Below, in pieces: positions 18,645-30,408 of a DNA stretch of 53,018 nt. Under the pieces are notes generated by a model that had not been told where the DNA came from, did not search any database, and saw nothing but the letters and a program-made list of their open reading frames with translations. Where the stretch lies: the sequence record SRR31156797_12923. The stretch is one strand, 5' to 3'. The first letter of the stretch is position 1, and each line of letters begins with the position of its first letter. Both the position numbers and the translations under genes were made by a program.

Positions 18645-19934
18645 TTACCCCTGAGAGGCTTCTTCGAAAGCTGGCTCTTCATGTTTTAAAGTCAATCCTA
18701 AAATTAACAAAGAACCGATGATTGCTACTGCAGCAAGTGAGAGTAGTCCTGCATATTCGTTACCAAACCCTGCCTCAGCTTTTACACGTATAATCGGTGC
18801 CAAAAAACCACCGACAGCGCCAAATAAATTCACAAAACCAATGCCTGCAGCTAGAGCTGTACCAGAAAGCATCTGAGTAGGAATAGTCCAGAAAACCGGT
18901 TGAACTGCAATGAAACCAATTGCAGCTACACACAGCGCGACAATCGCCAATACCGGTGAAATTAAACCAGATAAGCCGACACCGATACCTGCAGCACATA
19001 GCGTTACAGCAGCAACCACTTTACGCTCACCAGTGCGATCGGAATACCTTGGAATGTACCAAGTACCAAATAATGCGGCGATCCAAGGAATAGCGGTTAC
19101 CACTGACGCTGCAAATCCAACTTTAGTTCCCATCAACGCTGCTACCTGACTAGGTAAGAAGAAAATTAAGCCGTACACCGCAATTTGGATTGTCATATAA
19201 ATAATCGCTAACTGCCAAATTCTAGGATTTCGAATGGCTTGTCCTATATTTGAAGTGACCTTAGTTGTCTCTTCACGCTGCAACTCTTCAATGATGGCTC
19301 TTTTCTCAGCTTTGTTCAGAAAACGCGCTTTATCTGGCGTATCGACGATCCAGTAGAAAGTAAACAAACCAGCGACAACAGCCAACATGCCTTCAATCAT
19401 GAACATCCAATACCAACCAGCTTTGCCCATAAAGCCATGCATTTCTAACAATGCACCGGAGAGCGGAGAACCTAACGTCAATGCTAAAGGTGCTCCCATA
19501 TAAAACAGCCCCATAATGCTGGCTCTGCTTTTCACGGGGAACCAAAGGGTTGTTAAATAGATCATACCAGGGAAGAAACCAGCTTCAGCGGCACCGAGTA
19601 ACGTTCTTATTAATAGAAACTTAAACTCTGTATCAGCATATGCCATCCCCGCAGATAAAAATCCCCAGATGACGGTAATCGTACCAATCCAGACTCTTGC
19701 TCCTAACTTCTTCATTAATAAGTTAGCCGGAACACCAAACGCTGCATATATGACAAAGAATATACCAGCACCTAAAGCATAAGCTTCATTAGATAAGCCA
19801 ATATCTAATTGATAGGCTTCTTTTGCAAAACCAATATTTGATCGATCCAAAAACGCTAATACATATAAAGTCAGCATAAATGGCACTAAATGCGCACGGT
19901 TTTTCTTAACCGCAATATCTAATTGGGTCTTCAT
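18645..19934 (-). CDS. rhmT: L-rhamnonate MFS transporter (ACS family)
   Basis: AFLDRSNIGFAK, AEAGFFPG; operon context. Confidence 0.88.
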   Translation of the reverse strand: MKTQLDIAVKKNRAHLVPFMLTLYVLAFLDRSNIGFAKEAYQLDIGLSNEAYALGAGIFFVIYAAFGVPANLLMKKLGARVWIGTITVIWGFLSAGMAYADTEFKFLLIRTLLGAAEAGFFPGMIYLTTLWFPVKSRASIMGLFYMGAPLALTLGSPLSGALLEMHGFMGKAGWYWMFMIEGMLAVVAGLFTFYWIVDTPDKARFLNKAEKRAIIEELQREETTKVTSNIGQAIRNPRIWQLAIIYMTIQIAVYGLIFFLPSQVAALMGTKVGFAASVVTAIPWIAALFGTWYIPRYSDRTGERKVVAAVTLCAAGIGVGLSGLISPVLAIVALCVAAIGFIAVQPVFWTIPTQMLSGTALAAGIGFVNLFGAVGGFLAPIIRVKAEAGFGNEYAGLLSLAAVAIIGSLLILGLTLKHEEPAFEEASQG

Positions 19935-20000
19935 AATATTTTACTCTTATATATGTAGGGTACTTAGTTACAGAGATCTGCCTAAGCTTAATATTCTTAT

Positions 20001-21206
20001 TTAATGGTTATATGGACGTTTCAAATTACAGTCCCAATTTAATTCAACACCAAATCCAGGTTTATCTAATACTTCCTTACTAATTCGGCCATCAATAGGG
20101 ACTGGCTCATTGACTAAAATAGGATCAAATTGAGCACGCATTGTTGAACAGTCCGGGCTGGTCATTAAAAATTCACTGAATGGCGTGTTAGTGAACGTAA
20201 TAACCGCATGATGTGAATATACAGATGAGCCGTGAGGTACAACTAACTGTCCTCTCGCTTTGGCAATTGCAGCAATCTCTACCAATGTTGTTAAACCACC
20301 GCACCAACCCACATCGGGTTGCATAATATCTATACCCGTTTCGGACAGAGTTTGGAAAGACTGCAATGTGCCATGATGTTCTCCACTGGTAACCATCATA
20401 CCCACGGGCGCATTACGTTTGAGTTCACGATAGCCTTCATATTGTTGGGCCGGTAGGCACTCTTCTATCCATTTCAGGTTATAAGGTGCACAGGCATGAG
20501 CAAGCTTAGTCGCGTAGTTAACGTCCTGGCTCATCCAACAATCGAGCATTAACCAAAAATCAGGTCCACATTTTTCACGGTATTCCGCGACCATAGCGGC
20601 ATCTTTGCGAATCCCAGCATCACCATCATGTGGTCCCCAGTGTGTCGGCATTTTACCGCCAATGAAGCCCAACTCTTTCGCCAAATCAGGGCGTGCACCT
20701 GTCGCGTAAAATTGAATTTCATCGCGAACTGCACCACCCAGTAATTTATAGACAGGGAGATCCACCACTCGACCGAACAAGTCCCACAATGCTAGGTCAA
20801 CGCATGAAATTGTATTCATGACGAGACCGCCTGAACCGGCATAATACATAGTCGCTCCAAGCATCTGATCATGAATCAGCTTTATGTCACTGACACATTT
20901 ACCTTCAATAAAGCGGCTCAAATGTTTTTCAACAATAAAACAGCCCATTTCGCCTGCTGTAGATACAGCAAACCCAACTTGACCATTTTCAGCCTCTACT
21001 TCTACAACCAGTGTTCCCAGCACATTAATGCCGAATGATTGACGCGACTGCTCATACTCTTTGTACTTGCTCATTGGGGTTGCTATGTGGTCATCAATCC
21101 AGTGATTCCCACCTTGGTCATGATAATCAGCACCTCCACCATTCTTATCTGCGGTAGCGCCGCCAGTGAACCACGCACGGACTTCTTTTATTTTTGGTAA
21201 ATTCAT
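20001..21206 (-). CDS. rhmD: L-rhamnonate dehydratase (enolase superfamily)
   Basis: [39 protein letters not shown]; closely resembles E. coli YfaW. Confidence 0.95.
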   Translation of the reverse strand: MNLPKIKEVRAWFTGGATADKNGGGADYHDQGGNHWIDDHIATPMSKYKEYEQSRQSFGINVLGTLVVEVEAENGQVGFAVSTAGEMGCFIVEKHLSRFIEGKCVSDIKLIHDQMLGATMYYAGSGGLVMNTISCVDLALWDLFGRVVDLPVYKLLGGAVRDEIQFYATGARPDLAKELGFIGGKMPTHWGPHDGDAGIRKDAAMVAEYREKCGPDFWLMLDCWMSQDVNYATKLAHACAPYNLKWIEECLPAQQYEGYRELKRNAPVGMMVTSGEHHGTLQSFQTLSETGIDIMQPDVGWCGGLTTLVEIAAIAKARGQLVVPHGSSVYSHHAVITFTNTPFSEFLMTSPDCSTMRAQFDPILVNEPVPIDGRISKEVLDKPGFGVELNWDCNLKRPYNH

Positions 21207-21232
21207 TTAAATATCCTTAAGTTTCACGAAAT

Positions 21233-22015
21233 TTATATTTTTGACTCATCCCAGCCTGTGAGATGTGATATTTTTTGTGCGCACAAAATTGTTTTTGATG
21301 CAATTTCATCAATATTTGACTCGTTAATTTGCAAACTCGTACCAACAACAGAAATCGCAGCAATTAATCTATTTTTACTATTAAATACAGGTGCAGCGAC
21401 ACATCGTACATTGTCGTAGTCTTCACCGTTATCATAGCTCCACCCTTGATCTCTTATTGTTTCTAATTCTTTAAGTAAATCTTTTTTATTACCAATGGTG
21501 GTATCTGTCTTAATAATAAAGTTAATATTTTCGATTATTTTCTTGATCACTGATTCCGATTGCCAAGCTAATAAACATTTACCTATCCCAGAACGATATA
21601 AAGACATGCTTTTCCCTTCATGAGAACGAACACTAATCGTAGAATTAGATTCTATTTTTAATATGTAATACGCCTGTTCATCATCCATGATGCCCAAATG
21701 ACAAAGAAAACCGGTCTCTTCCATTAATTGCGTTAACTCGTCTCTAGAAAGCTCGCGTAAATCAATGGTATTAACGGCATGACCTGCTAACTCAATGATT
21801 TTTGTCCAGAGCGAATAGTTATCGAAACTATCCACTCGGATGAAACTCTGCTTTTTTAGTTCTGCTAATATCAAATAGGCCGTACTTTTGGGTATGCCTA
21901 ATTCATTAATAATCGAACCAGCACTACATGGCCCATGTTTAGCAATAAAATTAAGTATCTCAATCGCTCTTGTTAATGCTGGGACTTTAGATGATTCCAA
22001 AATACTGGACTCCAT
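21233..22015 (-). CDS. rhmR: IclR family regulator of rhm genes (possible alternative TTG start at 22000)
   Basis: LESSKVPALTRAI, ISVRSHEGKS, GWSYDNGEDY; matches YfaX. Confidence 0.9.
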   Translation of the reverse strand: MESSILESSKVPALTRAIEILNFIAKHGPCSAGSIINELGIPKSTAYLILAELKKQSFIRVDSFDNYSLWTKIIELAGHAVNTIDLRELSRDELTQLMEETGFLCHLGIMDDEQAYYILKIESNSTISVRSHEGKSMSLYRSGIGKCLLAWQSESVIKKIIENINFIIKTDTTIGNKKDLLKELETIRDQGWSYDNGEDYDNVRCVAAPVFNSKNRLIAAISVVGTSLQINESNIDEIASKTILCAQKISHLTGWDESKI

Positions 22016-22103
22016 TCCTATATACTAGAATCATTATTGTGTGATATTTGAACGGCTTTTGTGATTTCGATCATGTCTAATGACCATTCCAAAGTACTGG
22101 ATT
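21994..22103. promoter_or_regulatory. Three putative RhmR operators
   Basis: ATTCCAAAATACTGGACT (21994), ATTCCTATATACTAGAAT (22014), ATTCCAAAGTACTGGATT (22086). Confidence 0.65.
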
Positions 22104-22134
22104 ATCGCGCGATTAAAACGTGAAGCTGATCACT
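22060..22134. promoter_or_regulatory. Two putative CRP sites upstream of the rhm operon
   Basis: TGTGA-N6-TCATG (22060) and CGTGA-N6-TCACT (22119). Confidence 0.55.
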
Positions 22135-22312
22135 TGGTTATCGATTTAAATGTGGTTTTACAGAGAAGACTGGAGGCGGTTGATTAATATAGATGAAAGA
22201 GGTTGGTTATTACTGCCGCACAAACACGTTACCTCGCAACAACATTAATAACGTGTTAGAAAAGCAGATTTATCGAAGAATTTTATTTTGATCAGGAACG
22301 TTGATCTAGTGA

Positions 22313-23137
22313 TTAAATATTTCCACTACGATTGTTTCTAATATCACGCGGTTTTACGTTAAATATCTGTTTAAACTTCGTCGAGAAGTAATTGCTGTCC
22401 TGGTAACCCACATCGTACGCGATTTCAGTAATGCTTTTATCTGTTTGCTGAAGTAGCTGTAATGCTTTACTCGCCCTCACGTAATTTAAGTAACGGTTGT
22501 AACTCATGCCTGTGAGAGCTTTTAACTTGTTTGTAAGCTGTTTGGTTGACATCTCTGCCTTATCAGCGATTTCTTCAACCGAATAATGACTTTCATAGTT
22601 TTCTAGCAGATACGAAACCACTGAGATGGCTTTCTCCTCTTCCGTTGCACCACTAATCTCTTTAACGCGACCACGGGAGAGTTCAACTAAAAGTATGTTG
22701 AATAATGACTGGCAAATAATTTTTGACTCCGGTGAGTTGGAGCGTGATTCCTTATCTATCGTACTCACGATTTGCTGTATATGTGTTCCAATAGATTCGT
22801 TAATAAACCAACCACTTGGACCAGTTTCATTTGGTATATACTTTTGCAAAGCCGAGTCTATTGAAAGATGAGAACGATCAAAAAGGACATTGCTGAGATG
22901 CAAGTTATCGACATTCTCATAAAGATGGCGATCTTTACGATTTACAAAACAGACATAGTTTTTACTGAGCTTCATCGGTACTTCGTTGATAACATGCGTA
23001 CCTTTGCCGGAAGAAACAATGATGATCTCTTCAAATGAGTGAGAGTGCTCAGGATAGGATTCTTGCGGTGTTCTAAGCTCTGTGATTACAGGTTGCTGAG
23101 AGTTTAGGAAAAAGTCTTGTGATTTTAAATAAATCAT
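22313..23137 (-). CDS. AraC family regulator, RhaS/RhaR-like
   Basis: DFF...PQESYPEHSHSFEEI...VCFV...DRHLYE..DNL.L.NVL resembles the RhaS cupin; VGYQDSNYFSTKF. Confidence 0.85.
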   Translation of the reverse strand: MIYLKSQDFFLNSQQPVITELRTPQESYPEHSHSFEEIIIVSSGKGTHVINEVPMKLSKNYVCFVNRKDRHLYENVDNLHLSNVLFDRSHLSIDSALQKYIPNETGPSGWFINESIGTHIQQIVSTIDKESRSNSPESKIICQSLFNILLVELSRGRVKEISGATEEEKAISVVSYLLENYESHYSVEEIADKAEMSTKQLTNKLKALTGMSYNRYLNYVRASKALQLLQQTDKSITEIAYDVGYQDSNYFSTKFKQIFNVKPRDIRNNRSGNI

Positions 23138-23146
23138 AAAGCACAC

Positions 23147-24148
23147 CTATTTTATAAACTGAGTCGCTGACTGGCGATTAATCAATTGCCCATTGTAAAC
23201 ATAGAAGTCAGCGGGTTTGTTTTCCTTCGTTAAACACATCGCTAAACTCATCGCATGCTCTGTCATCTGAGCAATGGGGAGTTCAATGGTGGTCAGCGTT
23301 GGCGTAGAAAACTCACACACAACATCATTATCAATACCAACCACAGATACCTGTTCAGGCACAGAAATCCCAGCCTGCAAACACGCTTTAATTGCTCCTA
23401 ATGCCATATGGTCATTAAACGCGACAATAGCACTAAATGAAATATTTTTTCGAATCAATCTTTGGCAAGCAAAGTAACCTTGGTTTATTAGATAATCACC
23501 CCGCTCAACAAGTTCTGAATTGTACTCAATTCCCGCTTTGGCTAATGCCGACTTAAATCCATTCAAGCGAGCTTGGCCAGTAGGATTGTCCATCGTGCCA
23601 GTGATACATGCAATATGCTTGTGCCCCAATGAAATGAGGTGATTGACTATCATCTCAACAGAGCTTGATTGATCAAATGAGATAACGTGAAAGTTACGGT
23701 TAGCTTGTAATCGATTCATGACAACAAGTGGAACCGATAACTGCTGTGCCAGAGCTTCAATATGTTGATCCGATAATGTTCGACTATACAGAACAATAGC
23801 ATCGCAACTCGCTTCTAACTTTCTGATTAAATCGTACTCGATTTCAGGATCGTTATGGCCGTCCGTTACTAACAATTGCTTTCTGGCGTTTTCTGCACAA
23901 GCTGAAGCTTGTTTTAGCAGCGAACCAAAATGTGTTCCATCGAAGTCCGAAATAACTAAACCGATGGTATTTGTTTCGTTGGTTGCTAAGGCTCGTGCGA
24001 CGGTATTTGGTCTAAAGCCCAGTTCTTGCATGGCGTCCATCACTCTTTTACGAGTGGACTCTTTCACAGAATGACTGCCATTAATCACTCTTGAAACGGT
24101 CGCTTTAGATACTCCGGCTAATTTTGAGACATCAACAATAGTACTCAT
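23147..24148 (-). CDS. LacI family repressor, AscG-like
   Basis: MSTIVDVSKLAGVSKATVSRVING, KQLLVTDG, CDAIVLY. Confidence 0.9.
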   Translation of the reverse strand: MSTIVDVSKLAGVSKATVSRVINGSHSVKESTRKRVMDAMQELGFRPNTVARALATNETNTIGLVISDFDGTHFGSLLKQASACAENARKQLLVTDGHNDPEIEYDLIRKLEASCDAIVLYSRTLSDQHIEALAQQLSVPLVVMNRLQANRNFHVISFDQSSSVEMIVNHLISLGHKHIACITGTMDNPTGQARLNGFKSALAKAGIEYNSELVERGDYLINQGYFACQRLIRKNISFSAIVAFNDHMALGAIKACLQAGISVPEQVSVVGIDNDVVCEFSTPTLTTIELPIAQMTEHAMSLAMCLTKENKPADFYVYNGQLINRQSATQFIK

Positions 24149-24224
24149 CAGCTTTCTCTTACCACCGACAAATGACTGAGTAATAAATGCCGGGTAAACC
24201 CGGCACAACTATTAAAGTGATGAA

Positions 24225-25661
<1,437 letters not shown>

Positions 25662-25702
25662 TTAGCACTCTTGTTTTGTAAATTTTTGCCTAACAAACAA
25701 AA

Positions 25703-26014
25703 TTATTTCGCTTGAAGATGACGGTGGATATTAATTAACTCTTCAACAAGTTCACGAGCCAACATTGACGTCATGATATGGTCTTGTGCATGAACCATAA
25801 CCAGGTTGACTGGAACTTTGCCTTCACCTTCGTCCATACCAATAAGCTGAGTTTGAACACCGTGTGCGCGTTTAGCTGCTTCAGTAGACTGAGTTAAAAG
25901 ATCATCAACTTCATCCCACTGGCCACTCTTTGCACTCATTAAAGCTTGCATCGCTAAACTTTTTGATTCACCAGCATTAATAATAAGTTCCATTACTGTA
26001 GCTTCGAGATCCAT
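25703..26014 (-). CDS. PTS lactose/cellobiose family IIA
   Basis: AHGVQTQLI, VMVHAQDHIM; start at 26014 after GGAG. Confidence 0.93.
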   Translation of the reverse strand: MDLEATVMELIINAGESKSLAMQALMSAKSGQWDEVDDLLTQSTEAAKRAHGVQTQLIGMDEGEGKVPVNLVMVHAQDHIMTSMLARELVEELINIHRHLQAK

Positions 26015-26108
26015 AACATACTCCAAATAAATTAAAACTATAAATTTCAACCAGAATTTAATATTAACGTTAAATTTAAAATATTATAAACACTGATTAA
26101 AATAAAAA

Positions 26109-26122
26109 TGAAAGCGGTTACA
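26109..26122. promoter_or_regulatory. Putative LacI/AscG-type operator upstream of IIA
   Basis: TGAAAGCGGTTACA. Confidence 0.55.
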
Positions 26123-26134
26123 TTTGTAGCCTTT

Positions 26135-26159
26135 AAAAAGGCAATGTTCAACATTGCCT
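26135..26159 (-). terminator. Hairpin or terminator after the IIB gene
   Basis: AGGCAATGTT-C-AACATTGCCT with a U-tract on the minus strand. Confidence 0.6.
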
Positions 26160-26177
26160 GATATTAAACAGGTAATT

Positions 26178-26483
26178 TTAGTCCATCAATGCCAATGCAT
26201 CTTGAAGGATTTTATCACCTTTCATCATGCCATAATCCATTTGATTAATTACAGCAATAGGTTTACCTGCTTGATCAGCTTTAGATTTAAATTCGTTAAG
26301 TTTATATTTAATCTGTGGACCTAAAAGGAAGCAATCATATTTAGCTAGGTTTGCATCAAATTCATCTAGACCAACAGCATTAATTTCTGTTTCGATATTT
26401 TTAGCAGCAGCAGCTTGCTGCATTTTTTTTACGACCATACTAGTAGACATACCAGCAGCACAACAAAGTAGAATTTTTTTCAT
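26178..26483 (-). CDS. PTS lactose/cellobiose family IIB
   Basis: CCAAGMSTS phospho-Cys loop, LLGPQI, DYGMM. Confidence 0.95.
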   Translation of the reverse strand: MKKILLCCAAGMSTSMVVKKMQQAAAAKNIETEINAVGLDEFDANLAKYDCFLLGPQIKYKLNEFKSKADQAGKPIAVINQMDYGMMKGDKILQDALALMD

Positions 26484-26534
26484 GTCGGTTTACCTTTAAT
26501 ACATTCTCTTCAATGAAGCTATTATACCCCAAAA

Positions 26535-26548
26535 TGAAACCGGTACCA
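26535..26548. promoter_or_regulatory. Putative AscG-type operator upstream of IIB
   Basis: TGAAACCGGTACCA, close to the AscG consensus TGAAACCGGTTTCA. Confidence 0.6.
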
Positions 26549-26740
26549 TTAGATTTCGATCAAAATAAATATATATTGTGATCAAGATCTATCAATTATT
26601 TTAAGGGTATTTATCACTAACAATAAAACGAAAAAACCAATGCTTCATGTGGCTAGAAGCATTGGAAAAAGACAGGAGCTAAATATGTTTTATCTAGCAA
26701 ATACTATACTCTACAGGATACCTTAATTAACTTTTTAAGG

Positions 26741-27697
26741 TTATTTAAGATTTTTATCCAAGAAGCTAATAATGGTTTCCATAATTTCAGGCTGATACCA
26801 TAGGAAGCCTGCATGGTCAGCACCTTTTACAACATATCTTGTTGAGTCAATGCCTTTCTCAACCAGTGCTTCATGTAGAATTTTAGTTTGACTTGGAGAA
26901 ACCACTGGATCCTTATCACCATGCATTAACAAAAATGGGGGTGTATTCTTGGAAATGTGTGTGATTGGATTGGCATACGCCGCCTTCTCTAAGTCGCTTT
27001 GGATTGAACCGCCTTCCATAAACGGAACACCATTAACCAACATTGCTTCTGGAACCGCTGGAGATTCATGTTTCTTTTGTCTCTCCTTGTCGTAATCCAT
27101 CGCAACGCGAGTTAAATCTGACAGGCCATAAAGATCAATCGCGGCTTGTACATCACTGCTTTGATCTAAATATGCCCCTTTATCGAACTCTTTCATACCG
27201 TTAGTCGTTGCAGTGATTGCGGCTAAGTATCCGCCTGCAGACTCACCCATAACCGCGATACGCGTTGGGTCGATACCAAATTTTTGAGCATTGGCACGCA
27301 TGTAACGAACTGCAGATTTAATATCTTCTACCATTCCGTTGAACTTAACCATTGGTACAACACGGTAATCGATACTCGCAACCACGTAGCCCGCTCGAGC
27401 CATGTCTACACGTTGACCAATAAACTTAGTCTTCGGTGCATCCATAAAACCACCGCCAGTGACAAATAGTACTGCTGGTAATGGCTCAGGAGAGAAAGGT
27501 TGGATGACGTCCATCGACAGTTTGATAGGACGCCCCATATTATTAAATGTTTCTGAGTAAACAAAATCAGCGTTTAAACGAATCGGTGGCACAGTCATTT
27601 CAACCGATAGCTCTTTACTATCTTTTGTCGCAGCACCAACCATGGTTGATGTCGCCACGAGTGTTGCAACAAACAGTACTTTTTTTATCGCTTTCAT
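26741..27697 (-). CDS. Periplasmic alpha/beta hydrolase (HSL/BD-FAE-like acetyl/feruloyl esterase)
   Basis: Signal peptide; TGGGF, GESAGG, HGDKD, GADH. Confidence 0.87.
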   Translation of the reverse strand: MKAIKKVLFVATLVATSTMVGAATKDSKELSVEMTVPPIRLNADFVYSETFNNMGRPIKLSMDVIQPFSPEPLPAVLFVTGGGFMDAPKTKFIGQRVDMARAGYVVASIDYRVVPMVKFNGMVEDIKSAVRYMRANAQKFGIDPTRIAVMGESAGGYLAAITATTNGMKEFDKGAYLDQSSDVQAAIDLYGLSDLTRVAMDYDKERQKKHESPAVPEAMLVNGVPFMEGGSIQSDLEKAAYANPITHISKNTPPFLLMHGDKDPVVSPSQTKILHEALVEKGIDSTRYVVKGADHAGFLWYQPEIMETIISFLDKNLK

Positions 27698-27767
27698 ATA
27701 CATTTTCCCTTGAATATGTTCACTCCCAGTTGGGAGCGAACTCACTATTTAGATTAACAACCCATTA

Positions 27768-29045
27768 TCAGAAGAACACTTCGAAGCGGTAACCAAAGCG
27801 CCACTCTGAATCAACCGGTAAATCGGTAATCTCTTCGTCGCCACCAACATAGGCAACACTAATGTTAGTCACAGGCACTGCCCATGGCACACTCTTCAAC
27901 TGCAGTGATGGACCCATTGCTAATTTGTACATGCTACCATCGGCACCTTCTACGCCATCACGGTTAGTTTTGTTTGCGTAAACGGCTTCATATTGCATAG
28001 AAAGATTATTAGTTAGTGCTTGGTGAACACTCAATGCAGCGAATAGACCTTGTTCTTCTGCATTGCCGAATTCATACGTACCACCACGTTGGGTGTTAGG
28101 AACACTTGTTGCGCGGCGCTGTTCTGCGCGATCGGTGTGCTCATAAACGACTGAAGGTTCGATAGTAAATCCTTCGAACTGGTGGATCATCCCATAATAT
28201 GAGAAACGCATTGACTTATCGTCTTCTTCGCTCAAACCACTGATACGTGCAGTACTTAGATATTGGGCAATTAAGCCTTTACCGCCTTGAATCATAGCAT
28301 TCGAATTACCGGCAAGACCTAAGAATGAGTCAAACTTGTATTTCGCAAACGCACTGTACGCCTTGCGTTCTTCTTGAAAAATTGGGTCATCTTTTTCTTG
28401 CAGATAGTTGGCACCAAATTCAGCGTTGCCTAAGCGATATGCAAAATCAAATACAACTCTGGAACCTTCTACCGCAGGTGCTAAAGCACCATTTCTTGAA
28501 CCAAGGTCAGCCCAATCGATTTGGTTGTACCCTATCGTAATATCCAGATTATCGCCGTTGTAACCCAAACCCGAATCAACGTTAACTTCACGAATGTTAT
28601 AAGCTAAGTTTCGGATGCGCTCACCTGCGTACTTACGACCAGCCCAAAGACGCCCGTTTTCAGGAAGAAAATCCAAGCCACCGTATTGAACATACATTTG
28701 TGACGCTTCTACTGATTTATCCCCGTAGCCCAACAACTCAAACGTAAAATCAGCCCATTCACCTTCTTCATAAACACCATCCCAGCGTTTATTCAATGAA
28801 AGCGCTGTGAAGTAGTCGTGCCAGTAAGTGTTGCCAAGATCGCCCATTTTTCCGCGTGGATCCTGGTTTGGACCTGTAATATCTGTATGTAAAGCTAAGT
28901 TTTTTGGTCGATCTAATTCACTTTGAAAATCACCAGCCGCCATAGCAAAACCATGGAATTGGACAGAATCATCAGCAAATGTAGGTAGGGATGCAGTTGC
29001 AGCAAGTGCAGTAGAAATCGCCACTACTAAGTTCAATTTCTTCAT
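27768..29045 (-). CDS. LamB-like carbohydrate porin
   Basis: Signal peptide, VQFHG start, LWAGRKY, YKLAMGP, C-terminal FGYRFEVFF. Confidence 0.82.
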   Translation of the reverse strand: MKKLNLVVAISTALAATASLPTFADDSVQFHGFAMAAGDFQSELDRPKNLALHTDITGPNQDPRGKMGDLGNTYWHDYFTALSLNKRWDGVYEEGEWADFTFELLGYGDKSVEASQMYVQYGGLDFLPENGRLWAGRKYAGERIRNLAYNIREVNVDSGLGYNGDNLDITIGYNQIDWADLGSRNGALAPAVEGSRVVFDFAYRLGNAEFGANYLQEKDDPIFQEERKAYSAFAKYKFDSFLGLAGNSNAMIQGGKGLIAQYLSTARISGLSEEDDKSMRFSYYGMIHQFEGFTIEPSVVYEHTDRAEQRRATSVPNTQRGGTYEFGNAEEQGLFAALSVHQALTNNLSMQYEAVYANKTNRDGVEGADGSMYKLAMGPSLQLKSVPWAVPVTNISVAYVGGDEEITDLPVDSEWRFGYRFEVFF

Positions 29046-29275
29046 TTTGTTGTACTCCGTGTTAATTATTATATTTACGGAATAGTTACTTTATATTTAA
29101 TTTTCACATTGGATAAAATAGATAAAAAATAAATATCCAGAGTGGTGGTATCTATTTAGTTCATCCAATAATTCAAGTAACACACGTAAACTGTTTTATA
29201 TATTGAGTTGCCCCTATATTGGCTTGTTTTTACTCAACACATATAGTTTCTTAAATTCGGTGTTAACTTTTTATA

Positions 29276-29308
29276 TCGGTTGTTGCAATCAACAGTGTCG
29301 GATATTGC
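29276..29308 (-). promoter_or_regulatory. Tandem (22-bp period) activator site A, upstream of the porin
   Basis: TCGGTTGTTGC-N11-TCGGATATTGC on the + strand. Confidence 0.65.
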
Positions 29309-29353
29309 CACAGGGCATTGATCACAAAATTTGACCATTTCTAGATGACATAG

Positions 29354-29384
29354 AAAAAGCCCCTGCTTTGATGCAGGGGCTTTT
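29354..29384 (-). terminator. Rho-independent terminator
   Basis: AAAAAGCCCCTGC...GCAGGGGCTTTT. Confidence 0.8.
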
Positions 29385-29397
29385 ATATTACTAATAA

Positions 29398-30408
29398 TCA
29401 ACGTCTTGAGTTATCAAACGGGTCTTTATGAAATCGAATATTATCTCTAAACTCTTTAATACTCACATTGTACTTATCTTTAAAAACACGGTAAAAGTGT
29501 GAAGCATTTTCATACCCTGTCATGTTAATAACATCGATAATGGCGTAATCAGTATACTTCAAAAGATAAACAGCTCGTTCCAATCGTTTTTCTAATAGAA
29601 GTTCACTAAACGTTTTTCCTGTGAATTTCTTTAACAATCGGCTAACTTTGTAATTAGGCAGATTGAGTTGATTAGAAACACCCTTCAAACTTGCCGTTTG
29701 ATAATTTTCATCAATATATCTCAAGACAGAAAGAGCCAAAGACTCATCGTAATTAACACTGACATAGTAGTCACTGTCTTCAATACTCGATAACAACTCC
29801 GTTATTAATAGCCCAACTAAAAAGTGAACCCGCATTTGCTTCAATGCATTATCACTGTATATCTCATTGATTATTTTTAATACCGAACGTTGTATCTCCT
29901 CGCTCTCACCCACTTTAAAGTGGATATGCTCACCTAAACGGTTTTTACCATTAATGGAAGCTAGGATAAATTCTGTTATTAAATTTTCATTATCAAATAA
30001 TGAAATTAGTCGGCCGATAAACTCTGGCTCGATAATTAAATTAATAATAATGTCATTTTCACCCGCCGCATCAATTTCATGTTTCGCAAATTGATTTAGC
30101 AACAGAATTTCACCTTGATTCTGATCTATGACTTTGCCATTGACAGTTTGTCGCATCTTACCCTGATAAACATAGACAAGCTCAATATAATCATGTGAAT
30201 GCATCGGCACCCCAATGAATCGAGCTTGCTTTTCTATGTAAATATGTTGGTCGCGGTAAAACTTACGGGATATCCGCTTATCAAATTTAGGAGAAAAGTC
30301 CGGAGTTGCTTCCAGGACTTCTAACTCTTTATCTGTTAATGCTAGTAAGCTGTCATGTACATGAGCATCTAACATGGTGGACCTTAAATCAGCTACTTTC
30401 TTTAGCAT
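29398..30408 (-). CDS. AraC family regulator with cupin sensor
   Basis: MHSHDYIELVYVYQG cupin; GYENASHFYRVFK; overlaps the GH78 stop by 20 bp. Confidence 0.9.
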   Translation of the reverse strand: MLKKVADLRSTMLDAHVHDSLLALTDKELEVLEATPDFSPKFDKRISRKFYRDQHIYIEKQARFIGVPMHSHDYIELVYVYQGKMRQTVNGKVIDQNQGEILLLNQFAKHEIDAAGENDIIINLIIEPEFIGRLISLFDNENLITEFILASINGKNRLGEHIHFKVGESEEIQRSVLKIINEIYSDNALKQMRVHFLVGLLITELLSSIEDSDYYVSVNYDESLALSVLRYIDENYQTASLKGVSNQLNLPNYKVSRLLKKFTGKTFSELLLEKRLERAVYLLKYTDYAIIDVINMTGYENASHFYRVFKDKYNVSIKEFRDNIRFHKDPFDNSRR

